A stretch of 64,000 bases of DNA from Octopus vulgaris. Lineage: Eukaryota. The notes under the pieces were generated by a model. That model made no database searches, had not been told where the DNA came from, and saw only the letters and a program-made list of their open reading frames with translations. The DNA is taken from the NCBI GenBank assembly GCA_951406725.2, contig OX597823.1:26164001-26228000 (forward strand). Reading direction: 5' to 3'. Made by a program: the position numbers and the translations under genes. Of this stretch, positions 50,719 to 64,000 are shown piece by piece; position 1 is the first letter of the stretch, and each line of letters starts with the position of its first letter.

Positions 50719-51584
50719 TCTGTATATATAAAAGGCAGGATGTGTGTGTGTACGTGGATGTAGTTTATGCACATCCACAAATTAGCATGCATGTCGCTCA
50801 AATTTTAGGAGGACATTCATCACGATCCTAGCTGTATTTTCGTCAAATTATTTTCCCCCGAGGCACCAAGCGAATAGCAGTAAAAATAATTTTGAACCAT
50901 AACTTCTAACAATTTTCAAGTCGGAGTAATACACCATCATTTGCAAATATGAGTTAAGTCCCCTTCTTTGGACGGTGTAAAGAGATGGAGAGAAAGAGAG
51001 AGAGAGATAACAGATTTTATAAATTTCGCCTTTTTAGTGAGTGATTGACAGGCAAAAACAGACACACAGGGGTTGTTATGTATGTATGTGTGAATGGCTT
51101 CAGTCACATACACACACACACGCACGAACATGTATACGTACAAAACATCTATGCAATGTTCGTGTGTGTGTTGTCCGTATATATATACACACACACATAA
51201 TATAGACGATATTCTCTGTTTCTCCACAACTAATTTCCAAATTAGAGGAATCCGTTGCTTTACTCATATTGACATATAGCTGGTTGTGCATGAACATGGG
51301 AAAGAGCAGAAGTTACCAGAGCAAAAATCCTAAGTGTTGACTGTAAACAATGTTTCGAAACTGTTTGTTTTCAAAAGGAGAGATCTGACTCTCACATCTC
51401 TGCGGGAGAAGGTAGGCTTCTCTATTCCTCTTACAAAACTTACATCTGGGTGTCAAATTTGCTTCAATTGATGGTATTACTCAGGTAGGGTTGGTGGTGG
51501 GACACAAGCAGGGGCAAGGGCGTACAAAAAACATGTATGCAATAGGTGTATGTACGTATATGTTTTTGTGTGTGTGTGTGTTGC

Positions 51585-51620
<36 letters not shown>

Positions 51621-51858
51621 TTAGTTGTGATCTGAACATAACCGCCTCTCACAGCGGATTGGGGGCCCTTTTGGGCGTTCTATTTTCCTTGCTGGAAGGG
51701 TTCCCAACCCATGGGCAAATGGGGGGGGGGGGTTATTTTCAAAAGGGTTGGCATATGTAACCTGATCACCTCTGCCGATCAAATAACCAACCCATGCGTG
51801 ACACTGATTAGCTTATAATCCTAACTTTATCCCGAGCAAAGCCGGGCTACACTGCTAG
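50719..51858 (+). mobile_element. Non-autonomous Helitron
   Basis: A|TCTGTATATATAAAAGGCAG ... CCCGAGCAAAGCCGGG-CTACA-CTGCTAG|T. It splits the host repeat whose intact form is at 22490-22515. Confidence 0.9.
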
Positions 51859-51899
51859 TAATATAAATAATATATAAATATGTATAAACATATAAATAC

Positions 51900-51949
<50 letters not shown>

Positions 51950-51955
<6 letters not shown>

Positions 51956-52467
51956 CAAACTGGGACAAGAACGCGAAACATTTTGATTACGATACAAAAA
52001 ACACGGACGGGACATTCGAAGCCTTCAATTTTCAGTCAAGAACTGGATCATCCTCGCAATTTTGGCTGATTAATCTTGAGATTGTTCCAATCTTGTCAGC
52101 CCAAGAGAACAAAGTGTACGTATGCGGCTATATATATATATATATATGTATGTATCAAAATAAAATACAAAATGAGACAAGAATGCAAAACATCTGGACA
52201 ACTAGATGACACAAAAAGGGACAACAAAACATCCAGACAGACGACACAAAAAAACAAGGACGGGTCATTTGAAACCTTTTATCTTCAGTCAAGAACTGGA
52301 TCATCCTCGCAATTTCAGCTGGATGATCTGGTTCTTGACTGAACATAAAAGGCTTCGATTGACCCGTCCTTGTTTTTTTGTGTCGTCTGTCTGGATGTTT
52401 TGTTGTTGCTGTTTGTGTCACCTAGCTGTCCGGATGTTTTGCGTTCTTGTCCCATTTTGTATTTTAT
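51950..52467. repeat. Penelope-like repeat fragments forming a ~145-bp-arm inverted repeat (52159-52467)
   Basis: 52159-52306 is the reverse complement of 52321-52467. Further copies at 51950-52110 and 53998-54122. Confidence 0.8.
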
Positions 52468-52468
52468 A

Positions 52469-53567
52469 TGTTGTGCTGCACACAGGCCTACGATGCCACC
52501 ACGGGTCCTCACACAAACGGCCCACAGTTTGCTGGCCCAAAGAAGCTCGCGTGTGACAACGTTCAGTAAATCAGAAACCCACTCTGGACGGTGAAGCAGC
52601 GAAACATAGCCAGTAGAGCCAACAACAACAAAAATAACACACACAAGCGTTACGTAGTCAAAGTACATTTTTTTTTTAGCAGAACATTCAACAATGGTTA
52701 ACGAATCATTCAACAACTTTGGAAAGTTCTTTTTCCCTTTCCTTAGTTCCCTTTAAAGAAAACACATTTAACATTTAACAACACAAAGTTCTTTTTCTTT
52801 TTTCCTTTTTTAAACTCAAAGTTCGTTTCTCAAAACATTTAACACAGTCCTATCTCTTCTTTCTTTTCTTTTTTTTTTCTTTTCCCTTCTTTTAAAAGCA
52901 GTTAACAACTCAGTTCTTTTTTTCCTTTCTTTTCTTTTAAATAATCACATTTAACAACAAAGTTCTTTTTTTTTTCTTCTTTTCAAACAGTTAACGTCGC
53001 AAAGCATTTCTCAACATTTAACACCACAAAGTTTTTCTTTTCTTTCTTGAAACATTCAACAACACAAAGTTTTCTTTTTTTTTCTTAGAACATTTAACAA
53101 CACAAAGTTTTCTCCTTTTTTTAAAAACATTTAACATCAAAGTTTGTTCCCTTTAAAACATACAAAAACATTTACCGGTTAACATTTTACGGCAGTATCC
53201 CACTACATCACTTGCCTGGTCATTCAGTTGGCCGTCTTTCGCTCCATGTATCTCTCTCTGCCCCCTGTCTGTCTCTGTCAGACCACGTCTGCCCTTTGTC
53301 CCGTCTTTCTCTGACTGCCCGGCAACTCAGTGCTACCCATATATATGAGGCCGTCCAGCCAGAAAGAGAGGCATACCGTACGGAACAGTGCGTATTTCCC
53401 TTCCCAAAACTTTGTCTTCTTTAAACTCTCTGTGACCGTAGAGGGCCAGAGGTCAAGTGTGTACGGCCATAAACAACCGTGCTCCTTGACAGGACAAAGG
53501 AAATACCACTGACCTGAACAACTGGAACACCGTTTTGATCCCAGCTAATGGAAAAAGGGACATAATG
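52469..53567 (+). mobile_element. Putative solo LTR
   Basis: Starts TGTTGTG and ends GGGACATAA. Internal degenerate AACATTTAACAACACAAAGTT repeats, TATA-like CATATATATG (~53338) and CATAAAC (~53468). CpG-rich; no clean TSD. Confidence 0.45.
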
Positions 53568-53616
53568 TTTTTTTTGTTCGTCTTCATTTTTTTTTTGCGT
53601 TCGTATCAATACACAA

Positions 53617-53647
<31 letters not shown>

Positions 53648-53662
53648 TATATATATATATAT

Positions 53663-53978
53663 ATTCATTTCATTTTATCTAGTTTCAGCTCACGAGCTGT
53701 GGCAATGCTGGGGCACTGCCATTCGGTGTTGCTACATGATTTTACTTCACGAATGCTTTTTAGCAATTGACATTTGGTGCATGAGAGAGTTTGATGCAGC
53801 TGCTCTCATCTGCACCTCCTGCCGTGAAGTTGGTTCATCTGGGACACCTGACAGGAAGAGGTCCAACTTTATTTTAAAGACATCTGCATCCACCCCATGC
53901 AGGTCTCTCAGGTCCTTCGGGAGGATATTGAAGAGCTGTGGACCTCTGAAGCCCAGGCTATCACAGTATCTTGTCCTA
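53663..53978 (-). mobile_element. CR1 LINE 3' fragment
   Basis: Near-identical to 21632-21935. Confidence 0.9.
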
Positions 53979-54129
53979 TATATATATATATATATATACA
54001 GCCGAAATTGCGAGGATGATCTGGTTCTTGACTGAAGATTGAAGGCTTCAAATGTCCCATCCTTGTTTTTTGTATCGTCTCTTCTAAATGTTTTGCGTTC
54101 TTGTCCCAGTTTGTATTTTTTTACACATA

Positions 54130-54527
54130 TCATCATCATCATCATCGTTTAACGTCCGTTTTCCGCGCTAGCACGGGTTGGACGGTTCGACCGGGGTCTG
54201 GGAAGCCAGGGGCCGCTCCAGGCTCCAGTCTGATCTGGTAGAGTTTCTACGGCTGGATGCCCTTCCTAACGCCAACCACTCCGTGAGTGGAGTGGGTGCT
54301 TTTTACGTGCCACCTGCACAGGGGCCGGGGGGTCCAGCATCAGTCACGATCGGTTCGAGCTTTTAACGTGCCAGCGGCACGGGGGCAATGGGATCCGGGG
54401 TACTTTGAATGGGTAGGGGCTATGTGGAATTGCTGCAGAAAGCAGCCCGGGTCTTTGCAGTCACAGCATATCTCCAGAGATCTCGGTCCTTCGCCATTGC
54501 CTCAGTGAGGCCCAATGCTCTGAGGTC
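54130..54527 (-). mobile_element. RTE LINE 3' end
   Basis: [22 protein letters not shown] plus conserved tail and (GAT)n. Confidence 0.85.
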
Positions 54528-54659
54528 ATATATATATATATATATATTTATGTACACACACATATATATATATACACATATATATATATGTACATATATA
54601 TATATATCTACATACAAATATATGTACACATATGGGCATATACACAAACACACACACAC

Positions 54660-55475
54660 AGACATTTTGATAGGTTTCGGCCAGTGTTGGCCCAGGCCAT
54701 GTCTAATTTGAGCAAAGTCATTCGGATCAGGATTCAGACAACCTGGCTCACTCAAGTAGAGTTATTGTTTACAGAGACATATCCGTGTGTAGGAGGCCTA
54801 TCCAGGATGTTTTGAAGGAATTTGTTCAAAGACTTCTTGAACTTTATGGTGTCTTTTTCTCCTTTAATGTGTATTGGTGTAATGTTAAACAAAGTGGGGC
54901 AAATTGAGGTGAAATAATTGTGCTGTATTGTTCTTATGAGATGCGAGTGTGATTTATGTTGTGGGCAGGTAGCATGGGGCCCAATTCTTGGGTGATGCCA
55001 ACATCATTTGGGCAAAGCTGACAGAATATATTCAACATCAATCAGATGATGTAGTGCTCATGGTGATGTTGACGCGAATAAAGCTTGAGCTTTTCTAGTC
55101 AACCCCAAAAGTCAAGCCCTGTCATGTCATGTATTTTTTTTAATTGACCTTTGAGATGCTTCAACTTTCATGATACTTTGTTTCATGTAGGGATACCAGT
55201 ATGGACAACAGTATTCAAGGTGGGGTCGGGCAAAAGTGGAGAAGAGAAGGATAATGGTGTGGATATTTCTTGATTGGAAAGTTCTGAGAATCTAGTAACA
55301 CATTCTGTGGGCCATGTCAACTTTGCTGTTTATATGAATGGCCCAGCTTACGTTGTTGTCCACAATTACTCCCAAGTCCCCGATGTAGTTGGATGCCATG
55401 AGAGTTTTACCTGAAAGAAGGGAGTATGGGAGTTTTAGGGTATCTTCTTTTTGAAGTAGCTTAACTCAAAGTTGT
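54660..55475 (-). mobile_element. CR1-clade LINE (second family) RT C-terminal remnant
   Basis: Minus-strand DLGVIVDNNVSWAIHINSKV...ILRTFQSR...FSTFARPHLEYCCPYWYP. Confidence 0.8.
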
Positions 55476-55822
55476 CCTCGTTCAGCAACATATTGTTCTT
55501 TTCTGCTCATTGGATGACAGCCAATAGATCTCTCTCACTCACACACACACACACATACAGAGTCATTTTTGTTAATTTTCTTCCTCTTTGTGTAAAATCA
55601 TTTATTAAAAGCAGAAATAATAAAATGTTTACTTTATTTGAAAATTTACTGTGACCACTAGCATTTCCCCCTAAAATGTTATGGTTCTCATCATCTAGTT
55701 GATACTTGCTTGTTTAATACATGGCAGTTAAATTTATTATATATTATTTTTAGGAACTAGTTCTTTGAACTATGTTTGTAGAGCAAACAATATTTCTGAT
55801 AACATAAATGTGTTTTACACGT

Positions 55823-55823
<1 letters not shown>

Positions 55824-55898
<75 letters not shown>
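55824..55898. repeat. Pure (CA)n microsatellite
   Basis: Directly visible. Confidence 0.97.
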
Positions 55899-55901
<3 letters not shown>

Positions 55902-56091
55902 AAAGGCAAGATTTGATGAAACTTCAAAGTTACTGTCACATTTGAAAAAAAATTATATCTAACTCTACTCATTGAATTCTTTTTTTCAGTTAATAGGTTT
56001 TGTTTTGTTTTGTTTTTATGTATATATTTTTCACTTTCCGTGTTGGGGGGTATTGCACTAATAAGCTAAGAGAAATTATGGTGATGATATA

Positions 56092-56502
56092 CAGGTGCAA
56101 GTATATAGTAAGAATTTTACTTCCCGGCCACATAGTTCCAGGTTCAATCACATTGCGTGGCACCTTGGGCAAGTGTCTTCTACAATATAGCCTTGGGCCG
56201 GCTAAAGTCTTGTCAATAGACAGAAATTTGGTAGACGGAAACTGAAAGAAGTCCATCGAATGTGTGTGTGTCTGTTGATCTATCTAATCTATTAGTGTCT
56301 GTTTGTACCCCACCACTGCTTGACAATCAGTGTTGGTGTGTTTACATCCCCATAACTTAGCGGTTTGATGAAAGGAAAAGAGACCAAGGGAATAAATACC
56401 AAATTTGAAAAAAAAAAGTCCTGGGTTGATTTGTTTGAGTAAAATTCTTCAAGGTAGTGCCCCAGAATGGCAGCAGTCTAATGACTGAAACAAAAGATAA
56501 AA
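56092..56502 (+). mobile_element. SINE family A, full length
   Basis: Head, CORE-like block and tail all present. Confidence 0.85.
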
Positions 56503-57804
56503 TATGTCTGTATAAATATATTTTACCTTTGTTCATCTGCAATTGTTGTCTTTTCTACTTTCTCTCTCTTTTGGTCACATTGCTCTGAGCAAGCAGAGAC
56601 TATAGAGCAGTAAAAAGTTTTGTGTCTTGCAAGGTACAAAACAATCTCACTCGTGCTGGTGCTTTGATAAAATATATGTCTGCAGCACTCTGTAAAGTGG
56701 TTGGTATTAGAAAGGGCATACAGCTATAGAAACCATGCCAAAACTAGGATATACAAACAAGGTCCAGCCCGCAACCTTTCTAAGAATAACTCTGAATAAA
56801 CCTGACTTGGTCAGTGGTGACCCATCCAACCCATGCCAGCACAAAAAGCGGATCTAAATTGATGACAACGATGATGATGATATATATATATATATATAAA
56901 CTTCACTACTTAAAGAGGTATATTTTTTTAAAGGTTTATTAAATCTGAGTTATAATTTCTATAACATTGAAGTATTTCTTAATTTTAAATTATTCACAAT
57001 TTAATTTAATTTGAATTGCAATGTATTGAGAAATGCATTATATCTGTTGGGGAGTTAGCATGTGCTTTTAGTTTGGGTAGTTATTATTATTAGTGTTACA
57101 CACATACAAACTCTACCTAGTGCAAGGTGTGTGTATCCTGTTAACATTGATAACAGACTAGTTATTTTAGCCAGTGACAAAATAGGTCTTATTACTTATT
57201 ATTTGGAAAAGGAAGGATATGTCATTCATTTTTTGTGCTTATTTTATTTTTATAGATGAATTATTTATCTGCTAATTTTATTACTAACATAGAAATTTAC
57301 TTTTAAATTTGATAATTCCAATTAAGATGTATATATATATCTGGGTCTGTTGCTCTTTTCTGTCTGAAATTGGTACTCAGTTAAATGAATGTAATTCTTC
57401 AGGCGGTATTATGGAAATGTGAAAGGTAGAAGATACTAAGTCCATAAGACCACCACTCATCATCATTATTATAATTTTAACATTCACTTTTCCATGTTGG
57501 CATGGGTCAGATGAGATTTATCGAGACAGTGGTCCAACAGCTGGATGCTCTTCTTGTAATCAGCCCTTATTTGTTTCCAAGTAGTGTACTATTTCCTGTG
57601 AACAGCTAAATGACTGGATATATTTTTACAGGAGATATAAACACAGCAACACTGCTTTAATGTAGTGTGCAAACATCACAAGGGGAGGGCCTAGTCAACC
57701 ATGTAGTTAATCAGGAAGGTGTTATAAACAATAACTGGTGTAGCTGCAAAGTAAAGGTGATGCTTTATATAGATTTCCAGAAGGCTGGACAAAGTTATGA
57801 AATA

Positions 57805-58600
57805 CAGTTCTATATTTAAGAGATGAGGAATTATGTACATTATTGACATTTTGAACCTGGGTTCTCATTCCTAAGGTTATTTGTCGATGTTGTTGTTTGG
57901 CTTGGAATCTTGGGGTTAGTAGCCTGCACTCTTAACCACTACGCTATATGCCCATGGGCAATTATGGAGTGAGTTTTAGGGCTTATAAATCAAATATTTT
58001 CCTATTCTTCTTTGATACCGGTTCCCATATGCTACTCGTATCTACACTCAGTTTGCTTAGGGGGTTGTTGTGTCCTAGCATATGTGCTGCTGCTTTTAGT
58101 TGTATTTTTTAGTGGTGGTCTCTGTCTATTATTTTAACTTCATCCCACAGGGGGAGGTGGTCTCCATTTTACCATACATGATCAGCTATACCCGATTTAT
58201 GAATATCTCCCCATGTCACAGCTTTGCGATGTTCCTCTACCTTTATTTTGAAGGGGCGGCATGTTTTGCCTTTGTATAACCTACTACAGCTGCATGGGAT
58301 GGAGTACACACAGTCTTTGGTCATATTCTCTTCTATTGGTGGTTTTACTCGAAGAAGATATTTGCGAAGTGTTGTATTACTCTTGAATACTCTCCTGATG
58401 TCATATAAGCCACATATCTTTTGTATCTTTTTGGAGAGGCATGTTTTAGGCACTGAGCAATCCCACTCTTTATGGATGGGGGGACCTGAAGTTGAGGTAT
58501 TGTCCAATGAAGGGTGGCTTGCGGTATACGGATGTCCTGAATCCATACTTGGTGTGTGTTATTAATACGTCCAGGAATGCTAGCTGATTGTCTTTTTTTT
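57805..58600 (-). mobile_element. Penelope-like element, 3' part (RT thumb, GIY-YIG endonuclease, terminal repeat)
   Basis: LAFLDV...RTSVYRKPPFIGQYLNFRSPHP, and ORF 58169-58546 DCVYSIPCSCSRLYKGKTCRPFKIKVEEH...SGIADHVW. Confidence 0.92.
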
Positions 58601-58614
58601 TGTAAATAATGTAA

Positions 58615-59690
58615 AGTTATGAAAGTTACAAAAAACCTTATTGCCTAATATAATTAGGTTAAATGAGATGCAGTTTGGTTTATGTGCCAGGGAGTAAGGC
58701 AGTTGCAGGAGAAATGTTCAACAAAAAATAAGCTGTTATACTTGGCAACTGCCAGATTGGAAAAAGCCTTAAACAGGGTCCATCATTCATCTGGTGGTTT
58801 CTGAGGAAGCTGAGGGTAGACGAATGGGTTTTGAGAGCCATACAAGCCATTTAAAGGAGTGCTATCAGTAAGTTGAGAGTTAGCAATGAGTACAGCAACG
58901 AATTTAGTGTACAGGTGGGAGTTCACCAAGTCTCAGTCCCCTCCAATTCATCAATGTCCTCTAGACTATCACAGAGGCATTTAAGACTATTGCTCTTGGG
59001 AACTATTATATGCTGATGACCTGACCTCATTTTAATGGAATCTGTTGTAAAATTAGAAAAGAAATTCCAGGCATAGAAGCAAAACTTGGAATGAAAGGGA
59101 ATTAAAATTAACTTAGCAAAGACCAAATTTATAGTAGGCAGGAAAACAGGGAGGACTCTATTCCTTTCAGCTTAATGGCCCTGTTCAAGAGGAGGATGTT
59201 CTGAAAGTATTGTTGCCAGAATAAGAACAGGATGGAGAAAGTTCATAGAGCTATTATCCCTGTTGTTAACAAAAGTCGCTCTTGCTTAGAGTAAAAGGCA
59301 GATTGTATGATGCTTGTGTATGAACAGCAATGCTACCTGGGTCCTGAATGCAGAGGACCTGCAAAGACAAGAAAAAGAATGAAACTAATATGACCAGTGT
59401 GTATGTTGGACAAAATGCTACTGTGTTGAGAGGGAAAATGGGTATAAAAGGAATTGGGTGTGGGTAAGGGAGATGGCTGTACTGATATGGTCCTGTGATG
59501 CATATGGGTGTGAACAGCTTTATAAAGAAGTGCTGGTTACTAAATTCATGGCACTTGTGGAAGGAGACTCAAAGGAAACATGGGACAAAATGAAGGTTGA
59601 TCTCAAGATGCTGAGCCTTGTGGAAGAGATGACAAAGGACCAAGATGATGGGTGATTCATTGTGGTCAAGAAAACCCATCCATCATAGCA
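58615..59690 (+). mobile_element. RTE-clade LINE RT remnant
   Basis: QLQEK, DLEKA-like, WWFLRKLRVDEW, VQVGVHQ, ELLYADDL and NLAKTK motifs, heavily frameshifted. Confidence 0.8.
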
Positions 59691-61604
59691 AAAGTGAGGT
59701 CTTAAAAGTATTATGCCTATGTCTTTATACTCACAGGGCCCTGCTTCTGCACCCTATCTGGTCCTGTCAAGTCTTCCCACCTCTCATATTCTTAACCCCA
59801 TCCCCACCATTCTTCTAACTTCAGTACTATTCAACTGCTGTAATCACATGAGAAAAGAATCTTCACAGTGCTACCAGCTAAATCCTCCTTTTCCTGGAAC
59901 CACTTTCTTTGAAACGCCATCTGTCATTCTCAATATCATCCTTTCCTACTTTGTTTTCTTTTGTACCTCCAGTTATTTCATCCTTTCTTCTGAGTTATAT
60001 CTTAAGACTGCCGTATCTCATTTTCATCATTCTCTCATGTCTGCCATTGGTGCACCCCACCTCTGTCTTCCTCATGTAGCCATCCCTATGTACCTCGGGC
60101 ATCCGTCTTTTGCTGTACATCTCACTCTCTCCCACCTCACACGTCATCTCCCTATTTTTTGATCTGTCAATATATTTAATATACTGCTGCTCTCCACTCT
60201 TCCTTTACTGCCACTTATCACAACTCCTTGAGTCTCTTGTATTTCTTTCACTGTCCATACCTTCAAAGATGTGTGAAACGAGTTCCCTTACTTGAGAAAC
60301 AGGTAAGGATAACTACAGGAAGGACATTCAGCTGTAAAATAATGCGTCAATATATTTGTCTAACCCATTCTAGCAGAAAAATTAACCAAAGAATACATCT
60401 ACACACACACTTGGTGCTCAAGTTTCTGTTGATAAAAAAAATTACAATGGAGAGTAAAAACTAATTCTTTTTTTTTCCCATCCAATTCTCCCTATCATTC
60501 AATCACTATCCATGTTCATATTGCTCTGAAAAATTACTTCTTATTGATAACTTGCTTTTGTCTCAATTTAAGTCTCACATAATACAATCCAAAATTAATC
60601 TTCAATTATCTTTCCTGGAAAAATGTAATTTTCTATAATTAACTCTGTCCAATCTTTTCATTTGCATCACATTAATTTTTTTTTTTCTCTTTTTCAATTA
60701 TCCTATATTATTTTCAATTACAAATGGTAAAGGTAACCATGTTGAATACCAATACCTCTGAATCTCAAACCAATGTGGGAAGGTCTACATGGTCAGTAGG
60801 CTTTCTAGAAATAGTTGTCAAATCTACTCCAATCACACAGTATGATTTTAAAATGGAAGAGGGGCTGTTAGAGAATATAATCATAGGTACATTGTTTGGA
60901 TAATAAATGAGATGGTCATAGCTGGAACATTTTTGGTCATAAATATGTTGGATGATAGGTGACCCAGAGTTAAATAACAAGAAAGGCTGGATTGGATAAT
61001 ATGGATACTTCAAATAAAACTGGGCGATCATAGATAAGTTTAAACAGAGTTGACCTTGGGTTAAACAACAACAGTGTTCGTGTGTGTGTGTGTGTGTGTG
61101 TGTGTGTTTATATGCAGAGGATTTACAAAGACTAAAAAGAAATGAGCATCCAAGCTCTGCTGGCTGTGTAACATTACATAATACGACTGCACGAATGCTT
61201 GAGTCTGATTAAGGTGTGAGAAAAATTGAACAGAAGAAGAATCCAGAGAAGTTTGTAAGAAAGAAGACTGCATTTGTATTGGTATTTGATATGTATAGAG
61301 GAAGACAGCTGTATAAAGAAAAATAGACCACAAGAAGACATGGATCTGAAGCTGTTGCATGTCATGGAGATGACAAAGAACTGTTGATTGGTGACATGCT
61401 GCATAGGAGAAAACTTGCCGGACTGCCCAAGCATTGCAAAACAGATGTTAAAATTAATTATATGTATTTTGTGTGTGATCATCATTTAATGTCTGCCTTC
61501 CATGTTGGCATGGGTTGGACGGTTTGACAGGAGCCAGCCAGGTAGAAGACTACACTACGCTTTTGTATCTGCTTTGGCATCTATTAATATGTATGTAATG
61601 TATA

Positions 61605-62467
61605 TCATCATCATCATTTAATGTCCATTGTCCATGCTGGCATGCTGGAAGGCTGCACCAGACTCCAGTCTGATTTGGCATGGTTTTCTACGGCTGGATG
61701 CCCTTCCTAACACCAACCACTCCGAGTGTAATAGGTGCTTTTGCGTGCTACTGGCATGGGTGCCATTTGTGTGACACCGGGGTGTGTTTACGTGCCAGTT
61801 TGCATGACACTGGTATCTGCCACAACTGCGGTTTTGCTTGGCTTGATGGGTCTTTTCAAGCACGGCATAATACTAAAGGATTTGGTCATTGCCTCCATGA
61901 GGCCCAATGCTTGAAACTCAGCCACTTTACTTCCGTGAGGCCCAACATTCAAAAGATGTTCTTTATGTGCCACCAGCATGGGTGCACTTGGCTTGACGGA
62001 TCCTCTCAAGCACAGCACATCACCAAAAGTCTCAGTTACCAGTCATTACCTCTGTGAGGCTCAAAGTTCGAAGCTCATGCTTCACCACCTCGTCCTATGT
62101 CTTCTTGGTTCTACCTCTACCACAGGTTCCCTCCACAGTTAGAGATTGGCACTTCTTTACACAGCTGTCCTCATCCATACGCATCACATGGCCAAACCAA
62201 CACAGTCGTCTCTCTTGCACACCACATCTGATTCCTCTCATGCCTCTTAAGATGCTTACTAGCTGTCGAACATGCACACTGACATTGCACACCCAGTGAA
62301 GCATACTGGCTTCATTTCTTTCAAGCCTATGCATATCCTCAGCTGTCATAGCCCATGTTTCACTGCCATGCAGCATAACTATTCGCAGACAGGCATCAAG
62401 CAATCTGCCTTTCACTCTGAGAAAGAGGCACTTTGTTGCCAGCAGCGGTAGCTCTCTGAACTTTGCA
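61605..62467 (-). mobile_element. RTE-clade LINE 3' part
   Basis: ORF 62095-62565 AKFRELPLL...LRVKGRL...HGSETWA...ERRLCWFGHVMRMD...GRGRTKKT plus 3' UTR. Confidence 0.9.
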
Positions 62468-62629
62468 CACACACAAAATAGGTGCAGGTATGGCTGTGTG
62501 GTTAAGAAGCTTGTTTCCTGACCATGGGGTCTGGAGTTCAATCTCAATGCACGGTACAGCACCAACCCTAATATGCTAAAGCCTTCTGAGTAGATTTGAT
62601 GAACAAATTAAAAGAAACCTACCCATAGT

Positions 62630-63640
62630 GTGTAGTTGAGTGAAAAGTTTTTTGTATTTCAAGCTTTAATAGTTCAAACAAATCACGTATGAAAAGCATT
62701 TTTATTCATCAAAATATATCATGTCACATTCTGTTGTCTGTTGCTGTCTTTGTACCAGAAACTCAATTCTACACTTATACCATTTGATTGGTTTAGAAGC
62801 GAAAAAAACTCCCTGCACCTGTTTTCAACCTCCTCCACATTGTTAAACCTCTTTTTGTACAGGAAATGAACCATGACTTGGAAAGGGTGGTAATCTGATG
62901 GTGCATGATCTGGACTGTAGGCAGGGTGAGGCAGCACTTCAAGTTGCTCGAGTTTGTCCTTGGTCCCATTGACAGTTTTTGCTGGGGCATGGTCATACTG
63001 TAGGAGTGCGTTCTTTGATTGACCAATGCCTTCAAAGCATTAGATGCTCATTGCAGTTGCTAAGCATAAATGTTAGCATTCACAGCATGGCCTGAGACTA
63101 ATACAAAGTGCAACCCCACCTCAAAATTCCACCAGACATATTGTTTGAACTCCCCTTGTTTGACATCAGGTTCTGAAGCTTAGTCAGAATGAACCTATTA
63201 CAAAAATAGATCCATTTTTCATCCCCAGTTACAATTCAACTCCAAAAATGGGCATCTTGTGGATTTGCCAGAAGTTGTTTGCAAATGTTCACATGTTGTT
63301 GAGCCTAATCGTTGGCCAGTTCATGAGGGGTTTCTCAACAGCATCTGTTTACAAAGCTGAGCTTATAGAGATGTCAGTTGAAGGTGCTTTGCGAAGGACT
63401 GAAATCTGACAACAATGTATGAGTGTTTGTGCCTGATCTTGATTTGTATTTGAGGCTAGTGTCACCTTCCTTGCAATGTCTTAATCAGTTTTGTGCCACA
63501 CATTTGTTGACAGTTCCTGGACCTTCCTCATCGTTAATTTCTTTTGCTACTGCCCTTGCACTCAGTCCTTTTTTCCCACAGGTAGTGTAAAATGGCCCTG
63601 ACTGCAATTTTTTTTGCCACTCATTATCAATGCTGTAAAA
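62630..63640 (-). mobile_element. Mariner transposon, decayed
   Basis: LPHPAYSPDHAPSDYHPF (ORF 62719-62937) and IVTGDEKW (~63210-63235). Ends approximate. Confidence 0.88.
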
Positions 63641-63661
63641 TAAAAAATAAACAAATATGGA

Positions 63662-63874
63662 TTACTCTTTTTACTCTTTTATTTGTTTGAGTCATTTGAC
63701 TGCAGCTATGCTGGAGCACCGCCTTTAGTTGAACAAACTTACCCCAGAACTTATTCTTTGTAAGCCTAGTACCTATTCTATTGGACTCTTTAGCTGAACT
63801 GCTAAGTTACGGGGCCGTAGACACACCAGCATCAGTTGTCAAGTGATGGTGGAGGGACAAACACAGACACAAGC

Positions 63875-63965
<91 letters not shown>

Positions 63966-64000
63966 ACAGGCTTCTTTCAGTTTTTGTCTACGAAATCCAC
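63662..64000 (-). mobile_element. SINE family A (runs off the window end) with long (CA)n
   Basis: Tail and body match other copies. Confidence 0.88.

Noticed and set aside
54020-54060. CTGAAGA...TCAAATGTC as a hammerhead in the 52/54-kb repeat family
   Set aside because: No plausible stem II or GAAA core could be built from these truncated copies.
57392-57430. Possible small exon TTCTTCAG|GCGG...AAAG|GTAGAA
   Set aside because: Weak donor, short pyrimidine tract and no supporting homology.

Overview
AT-rich, microsatellite-dense eukaryotic DNA. The repeat repertoire (tRNA-head CORE-type SINEs, RTE, CR1, R4/Dong and Penelope fragments, TTAGGG arrays) looks like an Octopus (coleoid cephalopod) genome; this assignment is inference. 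I found no intact protein-coding gene: every protein-like ORF is a decayed transposon fragment. A transposon-free, CpG-retaining island at ~30.5-37 kb probably holds the promoter and non-coding 5' exons of a + strand gene I cannot name. Most notable are: (1) two GG-ended foldback MITEs with 8-bp target duplications that carry telomeric repeats; (2) two non-autonomous Helitrons, one carrying a captured piggyBac transposase fragment; (3) hammerhead-ribozyme motifs in several Penelope-like repeat families; (4) a SINE/CR1-LINE shared 3' tail with a compensatory stem-loop; (5) many long hairpins. I see no clear new multi-gene system. Coordinates of decayed repeats are approximate and were read by eye.
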